Both the position numbers and the translations under genes were made by a program. Source: Amphiscolops sp. MND2022 (Eukaryota). Taken from it: 64,000 nt of DNA. Positions 36,301-47,527 of the stretch are shown here, one piece after another. The DNA lies in assembly GCA_964187785.1 (NCBI GenBank), contig OZ076410.1:3782001-3846000 (forward strand). Direction: 5' to 3'. Under the pieces are notes generated by a model. That model was not told the origin of the DNA, made no database searches, and saw only the letters and a program-made list of their open reading frames with translations. Each line of letters opens with the position of its first letter. The first letter of the stretch is position 1.

Positions 36301-39300
36301 GAAAGCATACCTCATTTCCACAAATCATTCTCAGAGTGTCGTATGTGTCACTGGAGACGTCGAGAACGCACGAGGCCCTGCACCTCTTGTTCCCGACTCC
36401 CCAGGCGAAATGACCGATTTGATCGAGCTCTTGCCAGTTTAGGGTTTTTGTTAGAGCGAGTTGTTTTGAGCTGAATTTGTCGAAACTAGGTTTTGCGAGT
36501 TTTGAGCAAGGAATGAAGGGCTCCATTTTTATTCCTTGGATGAATGCTTGGATTCCCTGCAGCAATGAATAGTGTATTGGTTTTTGCTTGAGTGTCAGTT
36601 TAGAGAAGCTTTGCAATTAAAATGCCCACCGGCCCCCAAACACGCGTGGATCAGCCCGTGCTGGTGTTTGCGTATTTGCCAAAAGACAAACACATCCAGC
36701 ACGGACTGAGTAATGGTTCCCTCAATGTAAGCTTGGATCCCATGAAGCAGAAAAATTGTGAACTGTTGTTTTTGAGATAAAACTTCAACGATAAAAAGCT
36801 CAGAAAAACAGATAATGAAAGCATACCTCATTTCCACAAATCATTCTCAGAGTGTCGTATGTGTCACTGGAGACGTCGAGAACGCACGAGGCCCTGCACC
36901 TCTTGTTCCCGACTCCCCAGGCGAAATGACCGATTTGATCGAGCTCTTGCCAGTTTAGGGTTTTTGTTAGAGCGAGTTGTTTTGAGCTGAATTTGTCGAA
37001 ACTAGGTTTTGCGAGTTTTGAGCAAGGAATGAAGGGCTCCATTTTTATTCCTTGGATGAATGCTTGGATTCCCTGCAGCAATGAATAGTGTATTGGTTTT
37101 TGCTTGAGTGTCAGTTTAGAGAAGCTTTGCAATTAAAATGCCCACCGGCCCCCAAACACGCGTGGATCAGCCCGTGCTGGTGTTTGCGTATTTGCCAAAA
37201 GACAAACACATCCAGCACGGACTGAGTAATGGTTCCCTCAATGTAAGCTTGGATCCCATGAAGCAGAAAAATTGTGAACTGTTGTTTTTGAGATAAAACT
37301 TCAACGATAAAAAGCTCAGAAAAACAGATAATGAAAGCATACCTCATTTCCACAAATCATTCTCAGAGTGTCGTATGTGTCACTGGAGACGTTGAGAACA
37401 CACGAGGCCCTGCACCTCTTGTTCCCGACGCCCCAGTCGAAATGATCGATTTGATCGAGCTCTTGCCAATTGAGCATTTTTGTTGGGGAGTTGTTTTGAG
37501 CTGAATGTGTCGAAATTAGGTTTTGCGATTTTTGAGCAAGGGATGAAGGGCTCCATTTTGATTCCTTGCATGAATGCTTGGATTCCCTGCAGCAATGAAT
37601 AGTGAATTGTTTTTGCGTGAGTGTCAGTTTAGAGAAGCTTTGCAATTAAAATGCCCACAGGCCCCAAAACACGCGTGGATCAGCGCGTGCTGGTGTTTGC
37701 GTATTTGACAAAAGACAAACACATCCAGCACAGACTGAGTACTGGTTCCCTCAATGTAAGCTTGGATCCCCTGCAGCAGAAAAATTGTGAACTGTTGTTT
37801 TTGAGATGAAACTTCAACGATAAAAAGCTCAGAAAAACAGAGAATGAAAACATACCTCATCTCCACATATCATTCTCAGAGTGTCGTATGTGTCACTGGA
37901 GACGTCGAGAACACACGAGGCCCTGCACCTCTTGTTCCCGACGCCCCAGGCGAAATGGCCGATTTCATCGAGCTCTTGCCAATTGAGCATCTTTGTTGAA
38001 GAGAGTTGTTTTGAGCTGAATGTGTCGAAACTAGGTTTTGCGATTTTTGAGCAAGGAATAAAGGGCTCCATTTTGATTCTTTGGATGAGTGCTTGGATTC
38101 CCTGCAGCAATGAATAGTGTATTGGTTTTTGCTTGAGTGTCAGTTTGGAGAAGCTTTGCAATTAAAATGCCCCCGTGGATGAGCCCGTGCTCGTGTTTGC
38201 GTATTTGCCAAAAAAGACAAACACATCCAGCACGGACTGAGTAATGGTTCCCTCAATGTAAGCTTGGATCCCCTGCAGCAGAAAATTGTGAACTGTTGTT
38301 TTTGAGATAAAACTTCAACGATAAAAAGCTCAGAAAAACAGAGAATGAAAACATACCTCATTTCCACAAATCATTCTCAGAGTGTCGTATGTGTCACTGG
38401 AGACGTCGAGAACACACGAGGCCCTGCACCTCTTGTTCCTGACGCCCCAGGCGAAATGATCGATTTGATCGAGCTCTTGCCAATTGAGCATTTTTGCTAG
38501 AGCGAGTTGTTTTGAGCTGAATGTTTCGAAACTAGGTTTTGCGATTTTTGAGCAAGGAATGGAGGGCTCCATTTTGATTCTTTGGATGAATGCTTGGATT
38601 CCCTGCAGCAATGAATAGTGTATTGGTTTTCGCTTGAGTGTCAGTTTGGAGAAGCTTTGCAATTAAAATGCCCACCGGCCCCCAAACACGCGTGGATCAG
38701 CCCGTGCTTGTGTTTGCGTATTTGCCAAAAAAGACAAACACATCCAGCACGGACTGAGTAATGGTTCCCTCAATGTAAGCTTGGATCCCCTGCAGCAGAA
38801 AATTGTGAACTGTTGTTTTTGAGATAAAACTTCAACGATAAAAAAGCTCAGAAAAACAGAGAATGAAAACATACCTCATTTCCACAAATCATTCTCAGAG
38901 TGTCGTATGTGTCACTGGAGACGTCGAGAACACACGAGGCCCTGCACCTCTTGTTCCTGACGCCCCAGGCGAAATGATCGATTTGATCGAGCTCTTGCCA
39001 ATTGAGCATTTTTGCTAGAGCGAGTTGTTTTGAGCTGAATGTTTCGAAACTAGGTTTTGCGATTTTTGAGCAAGGAATGGATGGCTCCATTTTGATTCTT
39101 TGGATGAATGCTTGGATTCCCTGCAGCAATGAATAGTGTATTGGTTTTTGCTTGAGTGTCAGTTTAGAGAAGCTTTGCAATTAAAATGCCCACCGGCCCC
39201 CAAATACGCATGGATCAGCCCGTGCTGGTGTTTGCGTATTTGCCAAAAGACAAACACATCCAGCACGGACTGATTAATGGTCCCCTCAATGTAAGCTTGG

Positions 39301-41356
39301 AACCCCTGCAGCAGAAAACTTGTGAACTGTTGTTTTTGAGATAAAACTTTAACGATAAAAAGCTCAGAAAAAAAGAACGAAAACAAACCTCATCTCCACA
39401 AATCATTCTCAGAGTGTCGTATGTGTCACTGGAGACGTCGTGAACGCACGAGGCCCTGCACCTCTTGTTCCCGATGCCCCAGGCGAATTGACCGATTTGA
39501 TCGAGCTCTTGCCAATTTAGGGTTATTGTTAGAGCGAGTTGTTTTGAGCTGAATTTTCGAAACTCGGTTTTGCGAGTTTTGGGCAAGGAATGAAGGGCTT
39601 CATTTTTATTCCTTGGATGAATGCTTGGATTCCCTGCAGCAATGAATAGTGTATTGGTTTTTGCTTGAGTGTCAGTTTAGAGAAGCTTTGCAATTAAAAT
39701 GCCCACCGGCCCCCAAACACGCGTGGATCAGCCCGTGCTGGTGTTTGCGTATTTGCCAAAAGACAAACACATCCAGCACGGACTGAGTACTGGTTCCCTC
39801 AATGTAAGCTTGGATCCCCTGCAGCAGAAAAATTGTGAACTGTTGTTTTTGAGATAAAACTTCAACGATAAAAAGCTCAGAAAAACAGAGAATGAAAACA
39901 TACCTCATCTCCACAAATCATTCTCAGAGTGTCGTATGTGTCACTGGAGACGTCGAGAACGCACGAGGCCCTGCACCTCTTGTTCCCGATGCCCCAGGCG
40001 AAATGACCGATTTGATCGAGCTCTTGCCAATTTAGGGTTATTGTTAGAGCGAGTTGTTTTGAGCTGAATTTGTCGAAACTAGGTTTTGCGAGTTTAGAGC
40101 AATGAATGAAGGGCTCCGTTTTTATTCCTTGGATGAATGCTTGGATTCCCTGCAGCAATGAATAGTGTATTGGTTGTTGCTTGAGTGTCAGTTTAGAGAA
40201 GCTTTGCAATTAGAATGCCCACCGGCCCCCAAACACGCGTGGATCAGCCCGTTCTGGTGTTTGCGTACTTGCCAAAAGACAAACGCATCCAGCACGGACT
40301 GAGTAATGGTTCCCTCAATGTTAGCTTGGATCCCGTGAAGCAGAAAAATTGTGAACTGTTGTTTTTGAGATAAAACTTCAACGATAAAAAGCTCAGAAAA
40401 AAAGAACGAAAACAAACCTCATCTCCACAAATCATTCTCAGAGTGTCTCTATCTAATCACATGGAACCCAGACAGTTAACCATAAGGCTGATTTCATGGT
40501 TAACAAAGACCAAATCAAAGGTTCGGTATTCTTTTGATCCTATTATTGAAACCTTACTGAGTCCACCTCTTTTCTTATCTGAGCTTCCACGGTAACGAAA
40601 CAAAAAAATACCGAACTCCCGTTATTTAAAACTAGAAACCTCAGTAATCATTACCTAAAAATTGTCCTGTTCGCAAATTTGAAACATACTAAAACGCGGT
40701 TTATGTTTTTTCTCAATTGTTTCCAAGTATCTTCTATCGAATGCCATTCGAAAAAGGTAAGTTTCCATGTCATTTGGTGTGAAAATATGGTTAGTTGAAA
40801 CAAGGGATTTTTCTTTTCTATTCTTAGTTGTTTTAAGGCGCATTGTTTTCCATTACGCAAGTGAGGATAAAACCAGGGAAATTTTTGTTCATTACAATCA
40901 CATCAAAAAGGTAACAATCTTAGAGCACATCTCAAAGTTGGTACTTGAAAGCACTCGTTATTAATTCCATTTCCTTTTATCCCGGCTGCAATTTCCACTC
41001 CCAACAAACCACTCCTTCCATTTTTATTACCGAACAGCACACAAAGGTAAGGAACTTTTCTTTGTTGCCTAGAAAAGAATGTAAAAATTATATTGGGCTC
41101 GTCTCTTCAAAGTTGTATAAAAAATTATTCGGGTTTCATTCGACTCTCGGTGAGTCCGTTCATGTTCGGATATGTCATGTTCGTGTCGCAATTATTACGT
41201 ATCGATTGAGAAAGTATTGTGGTTACCTTATTTGGTTACCCACTTTACCCGCTCGGTTTTGCCGCCTACTACTACTCAAGCAATACAGCTGGCTATAAAG
41301 GAGTAATCGCTGCGTGTTACTACACTCAACCGGCTGCCCTTCGCCGTACTTGTGAC

Positions 41357-42060
41357 TCAGGGAAAATCACTCTTCAGATTCGAGTTTTGGCCAAGAACCA
41401 AGGGAACGTCATTGGAACAGGAGGCTGCTCCTTCAGCTCTCGATTTCAGGTTCAAATTCTTCGCTGGGACATTCTTCAAGGCTGGCTGATTGTCTCCAAT
41501 CTGTTGTTTATAGGCATCGTTGAATTTTGATGCCCAAACCATGGTATGTTTCATCTTTGAACTTTTCCCTGATAATGCAAACTTGTTACAGCTGAATGCC
41601 CTAACTGACGGTCAACTGCCTCGAGAGCCTGTGGATGCGTCGCTTTCTGGGCGATATAACTTGTATTCTTTTTCCTGAGATTGCTGCTTGGGGTTTTCAT
41701 CCCGACTTCTTTCAATGGCGTGGACCAGTACTTCATTATCCCGCCGCACATAGCGTCCCAATTTCCCCTTCTATGTGCCTGTATTCGCATTTCTTGTCTT
41801 GATCAACTAAATCATCTCCTTTCTCTTCGCTGTCACGTCCCGTCCCGACTTTCGGGAGCACTTCTGCTTTGTTCCAGGGCTCCTCAATTTCAGGATCAAA
41901 GCCGGGGTCTTACAACGGCGGCATATTTGGCGCTGGTTCCTTTCGAAAATCAAAAATATCTCACACTTCGCAGCATCTTTTTTCCCGTGCGCATGGCGGA
42001 CATTTTGCAGGAGTGTCTTGTCCTCCGTTTCGCAAGTGAAGGTGTTGCAAATGTGGAACC
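41357..42060 (-). pseudogene. Tyrosine recombinase (Crypton-like) C-terminal relic
   Basis: YAAVVRPRL, then SSNLRKKNTSY..AVDRQLGHSAVTSLHY (R..H..Y catalytic pattern); frameshifted and cut at the 5' side by a hAT end. Confidence 0.65.
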
Positions 42061-42062
42061 AG

Positions 42063-42180
42063 CAGTAAATTAATTGTACACGTTACACGACAGGATACAC
42101 GGTTTTTTGCTTTTTAAATACAGAAACCTACACGAAACACTGTTTTTTGAAAAATGCACGGAAACCACACGAACTTACAG
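42063..42180. mobile_element. Isolated end of the same hAT family as 5558-5983
   Basis: AATTGTACACGTTACACGACAGGATACACG matches the reverse complement of the right end of the 5558-5983 element; ACACG subterminal repeats. Confidence 0.7.
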
Positions 42181-42256
42181 GATAATTAAATTGAGCGCTT
42201 GAATTTGGGACGCAGAAATGTGCCAGTAGTGTTCAAAAATCATCCTTGACGTTTTC

Positions 42257-43848
42257 TTCTCTCCAGAAAGCCCAGCATAGAGTCTGAAGGCCATTTTCCC
42301 AATGTAAAATGCGAGAAGAAGGTTGCCGCTGATACTCCTGGTATATAGAACAGTTTCGAACCCGAAAAGTGTATCCTTTTTCTTTTTGTGAAAAAACCAT
42401 CAACTGAAACAAATGCTTTCAGTACAAAAATAAATAATACAGAGTTGAATGATCGCAAAAAATAGAATCATTTCCGGACGGAATGGGTTGGAGCGACTAT
42501 TGCAGACTCGACTAAAAATACGGTCCGAGCAGCAGATATTTTTGAAATGGCGCAGCGCTTGAGTCAACTCCATTGATGAAAAACCAGAGCTGACCTGCCT
42601 CATTTTCGGGAATTCGAGTCGGAGGCTGTATGCTCCTTTCGCCTCCGGAATTTCGTTTTCCCGGCGCGAACCGAGTAATTCTGCAGCTCCTTGCACACCT
42701 CAGAGCTCGTCTTTTTATTAATTTTATCTTCAATGACTTCAACAATGATTCCTCCAATAAAGAAGCTCTGCTCGATGATGCCTCTATTTTGCTGGTTCTC
42801 AAGAAGCTGGCGCTTGCGACAGACCTCGTCCATCCCAGCTGCCCTCGAGAATAAAATTTCCTCGCTTTCCATTCAGGGGACAAACTGCTGCTGAAGTCCT
42901 GATACCAACTTCCCCTGCGCCTCCAGAGTGAGGATTTGTTTCCTCGTTATTGGTGTTGTCTGTGCACTGGACGAACCCGCAGACGACGGAGAAGACTGCC
43001 ACCTCCGTTTCCCCACCTTCTGGAGAGGTTGGCGATGAGAACGGTTCGAAGGTTAACTCTTCGTCAGAAGTGGAAACTTGATTCGGGCACGTGCGCGAAG
43101 CATCGCCTAGCAGCGTTTTAAAACAATCCAGCACACTTGGTACCTGCTGGAACTGGCTTGGCGTCAAGACCAAACCCGACGCCGAGCTCCTAAGGTTCTA
43201 CAGAGCTGGTCTGATACTCTCAGGCAACTGAAAGAAAAATGAAGCGAATGAATTTTTGTCTTTATTAGGTTGACAACAACGTGAATAAGCATTAATAAAA
43301 GGAGTCAGGTTGCACAATTTTGATATTTACGTTAATTAATCATGCTTTGTTTGAAAACTTATAAATTGGCATAAAATTACACTGCGAAAAGTCGACATTA
43401 ACTCTACGAATACTCCAAAGCACAAGTTGGAAAACTCGAATTTGAAATACTTTCGCGTTCGAAAGTGGCTAATTTGATTTATTTAAAGTAAAAGTGTGCC
43501 ACAATTACACTATATGCAACAGAATAGACTAATGTATGTGGACGTGAAGTATTTTTTGCGAAATACTTGTTGAAAAACTGTTCCTGAGGTTTTGAATTGA
43601 AGTGCGCTATCAATTTGTTGTAAAAGTTCATTTGTGAAAATGTTATCGGTTATTTTCTTCGTGGAAGCTCATACTATGGAGGAGTTATGGAGTTGTGAAC
43701 GGGAATACATTTTAGATGAAACGAATAGTTCTGAGGAAGTCACTGATGAGAAGTAGAAACTGATGACTCCTGTCAATATGTGATGAAGTTAGCCTAAGAG
43801 CGGACGGAATTGTTCCATTTTATAGCCTGATGTCTTTTTTTAGTAATT
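42257..43848. repeat. Copy B (blocks Z+X) of the triplicated segment; left flank of the 18.4-kb transposon
   Basis: Colinear with 62648-64000; continues at 62244 after the insertion. Confidence 0.9.
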
Positions 43849-44329
43849 CATTACGACGCATGACCCTACACTTTTTGTGCAGCTCAAAGTTGAGCCGCTT
43901 GAGCAGTGGAATCCTGGGCCAAGCTTTAAAACATACCAACCGCAAAGAGCGAAATTCGTCGCGTGGAATTCAGGGACTAATACCGCAGTGTATAATTTCT
44001 CGCGATTTCAGTTGACGGTAAGGCAAAATTGCGGGATCAGCTCGAAATCGTGGAATCCGCTGCTTACAGCGGATTCCGGGGCAGTGACAGCGGAATCCGG
44101 ACCAGTACCAGCGGAATCCGGGGCAGTGACAGCGGATTCCGAAGACTAAGGCAAGCAAGTATTAAAATGTTTGTTTTGTGAAGCGGAATCCACTGACAGC
44201 TCTGCGTGACATCTGTTTCAAGTTGTATGACAGCGGAATCCGCAGATGAGTGCGGGCTAGTATAAAGCTTGCTGTATACATTTATTATTGCGTTTAATAG
44301 GGCGTATACAGTTTCTGGGTTTAGGATAA

Positions 44330-45035
44330 ACAAGTCTCCTTGATGTATTATAGGCCTTCATGAATCACTGTTGTCTCTGGGATTAAGATTACTGTCTCCA
44401 TTATGTATTCTACTATGTTCTCTGGGATTAAGATTACTGAGACAAATTAAAATCTGTATCATATCTCTGTATTGCTCGTAATCTACTACTGTATTTTGTG
44501 TTTAATTGGGTGTGTTTTAATCTAGTTCTATGATAAGAAACAATTTCATTGAATTCAAACTTTACTCTAACTATTTTGTACTATCTTTTTGGTGAACAAT
44601 TCTTCATCTGCACTAAATTGGCAGGTATTAATAAACGAGCATCAATGAGACAATACAACTATGAATTAAAAGCCGACTAATTAATATACATTGTCTGAAA
44701 CCTCTACAGGGTGTATTCAGTTTCTGTGTTTAAGATAATTGTGTCTCCCTGATGTATTATTGGCCTGAATGTATTCTACTAATGCCTCTTGGATTAGGAT
44801 TACTGTTTCCATTATGTATTTATTATAGGCCTACATGCTATTAATACTAAATGTATGCTACTATTGTCTCTGGGATTAGGATTACTGTCTCCATAATGTA
44901 TAATAAGCCTACATGCTATTAATACTACATGTATACAACATGTGTCTCAGGGATTGAAATTACTGTCTCCATTATGTAATATAGGCCTACATGCTACTAA
45001 AACTACATCTACTCTACTATTTTCTCTGGGATTGA
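44330..45035. repeat. Degenerate ~65-bp minisatellite inside the transposon
   Basis: Recurrent TCTCTGGGATTAAGATTACTGTCTCCATTATGTA at ~44375, 44420, 44790, 44870, 44945, 45025. Confidence 0.75.
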
Positions 45036-45152
45036 GGTAGATGGTCTTGATTCTAAACTTGATTTAATATTTGATGCTAGCATACAATATATAATACACA
45101 CAATACAAACAGTACATACATGAATATATAATCTTCTCAAAGTAACCTAAAT

Positions 45153-47228
45153 TTAGAGTCCCTCATTGTGTTTAGAGTTGACATTGAGGATTTCCCGATA
45201 TTTTTCTTCGTTCCGGAAGCGTCCTTCACACGAGTTTATCTGAACCTTAATGGTTCGGAAGAGAAAGTCTTGGGATTCAGAGAATCGGATTGCTCTGATG
45301 AGGGTGTCCAGCGACTCTTCTCCGTCTCCTGGCAAGATGTCCCACCGCTCTCCAAAGAGTGAGTCCCCCGAGCGATGGCAACCGCGAAGTCCAGCTTCAA
45401 TATGAGCAGCAAACCTGACCTAAACATTAACATGAACTCAAAAAACTATCATCTTGTATTGTTTCATTGCTCTTAGTTAACAAATACTTAATGATTTCCT
45501 TAATTGACTAATTTTGTTTTCAAATTGAGTCCAGTTTCAATATGAGCAGCAAATCTGACCTAAACAATAACATGAACTCAAAAAATGATCATCTTGAATT
45601 GTTTCATTGCTCTTAGTTAACAATTACTTAATGATCTTCTTAATTGATCAATTTAATTTTGAAATACGTACATTATCCCGCGCTGAGTCTGCTTCGAATC
45701 CAACACATCGCCTGGTGAAAGTTGTAGCGGGGCACACATTAAAACTCGCAGAATGTTTTTTTCGACAAAGGCCTATGGCCCGCTTGATGGCAGAAAATAC
45801 AGCATATGCTCGATCAATGGGGCAAACCATGCTGTCTAGACTCACGGGGTCCAATGTTGTGTAATTTTCTTCCGGGAGCCTTACTGAAGACGCTGGAATT
45901 CTGCTAGTGAAGTCCGCATTTTCATCCCATGTTAAACTGACAAATGCTTTCTTCCTTGAAATAACGTACTCCAGCATTTCAATTGTGCATGTGTATCCTC
46001 CTCGGTCTAAAGCCTTGTTCCCTTTAACAAGAATGCCGTTTGTGCACGGAGCGCAAGTCAATGGCACGCTTGTCCTGGTTTCCCCGTCCGGAAGCACGGG
46101 GATTAAATTGATCATGTCAATTTCTAAGGGCTTCTCCTTCTGAGAGCGGGGCTTTTTTGGAGCCGGCGGACGAGGAATCGAGTCGCCATCGTCGTCATCG
46201 TCGTCTTCTGCTTTCGGGACGATGGCACTAACTTGCTGGACTGGGTTCCGTAGTACGCTGTACGAAACGTATCGAGGCATTTCGCCTTCTACAGAAACCA
46301 TCATTTGATGTAGGAACGGATCATTAAGCAGTATTCGTCCATGCTTCACAACGGCAACGTCTTCCGATTCGTCTAGGAAGTCAACCTAAATAAATGAAGG
46401 AATAAATCTAAATGCAGAGATCCTTCTGCAAAAATGCCTAATTGCAGAGTATACAAATCTTACATGGACTAAATCCTAATTAGCGTAGAAATAAAAATTA
46501 GACCTAATAAATAACACTTCTCCTAATTCCAGAGGTGTACAATCTTACATGGACTAAGTCCTAATAGGTATCCCGAACACTCTTCTCCTAATCCCAGAGA
46601 AATACAATCAAACATTGTACATGTCACAATACGATGCATAACCCAACACGTTTTGAAAAGAACGGAGTCGACTACTCACAGCATTTTGGACCTACAGGAC
46701 CTGGAATCCGCTGTTTTAAATGACGGATTTCAAAAACACACTTTATAACAAGTGCAGCGGAATCCCGGGACAAATCTCTTTACATTAAGTTTTTAGTGGG
46801 TTCCGGATGCAAATCCTATTATATTAGACAGCAGCGGATTCCGCAGTCTCTATTCCGATTTTAACCGCACTGATTTTCAAAAAGTAAAAACTATTTGGAC
46901 TGACACTCACCTCGTCGTGAACACAATGCTTGGGGTTGTACTCGAGTTGTACTACCCTTGGTGTTTGTCGTCTGTCCTCTCTGGAAAGGATGGAGGAATG
47001 TGTCTTTTCTATGACTTTTCGAACGTTCCATAACGACAAATCTCTACGCTTTTCTTCTGGTACCTCTATAGTTTCTGAGAGATAAATCGAAGTGTAGCCC
47101 ATCCACTTTATTTTAACAGACCAGTCGCTAACAATGCCAATAATTTTAGCCTTTGTCCACCTAGATACACTCTCGTCAATAACGTGAACAATTTCGTTTG
47201 GGCGAAAAATTTCCGCAGGCGTAGACAT
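45153..47228 (-). CDS. Transposon gene 1: 432-aa protein with an N-terminal Tudor/Agenet-like barrel; rest unknown
   Basis: Exons 47228-46911, 46385-45672 and 45419-45153, all phase 0 with GT-AG, no stops; N-terminus EIVHVIDESVSRWTKAKIIGIVSDWSVKIKWMGY resembles Royal-family domains (W..AKI....V.IKW.GY). Confidence 0.75.
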
Positions 47229-47527
47229 ACTGGGAATATTAATCAGGTAAGAGGTAAACAAGTACAGTAAGTTTTAAAATGTATATTGCGTACAATGACT
47301 GACTACCAGTAGAAATTTTAGTAAAAGCGAGGTGCTAAACTGACACCACCCTTTGGTTAGAGACTCATCAAGACCTTCTTTGAAAAGCGTCAATTCACTT
47401 TGAAAAAGCGTCCAATTATTTGAAAAAGCGTCAAATAACACTTTAACGTGGTAATTGAGTTGAGGTGCGAACGTCTGATGTGATATTAACCTCTCCATTC
47501 TTATTTTAATTTTCATCTTCATCTCCA

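Larger units (their letters stand above)
26083..40448 (-). repeat. ~516-bp tandem repeat array (~21 units) derived from a spliced gene fragment; interrupted by a LINE
   Basis: Unit marker GAGTGTCAGTT at about 30410, 30920, 31436, 31950 ... 39666, 40182 (20 times) plus one unit at 26100-26600; each unit holds TGCTGCAG acceptor-like sites, a ~246-nt open exon and a GAG/GTATGT donor on the minus strand. Confidence 0.95.

Noticed and set aside
26083-40448. CRISPR array or many independent small genes
   Set aside because: Units are ~516 bp and similar along their whole length, with no unique spacers; the ORFs listed in the track are repeated readings of the same unit.
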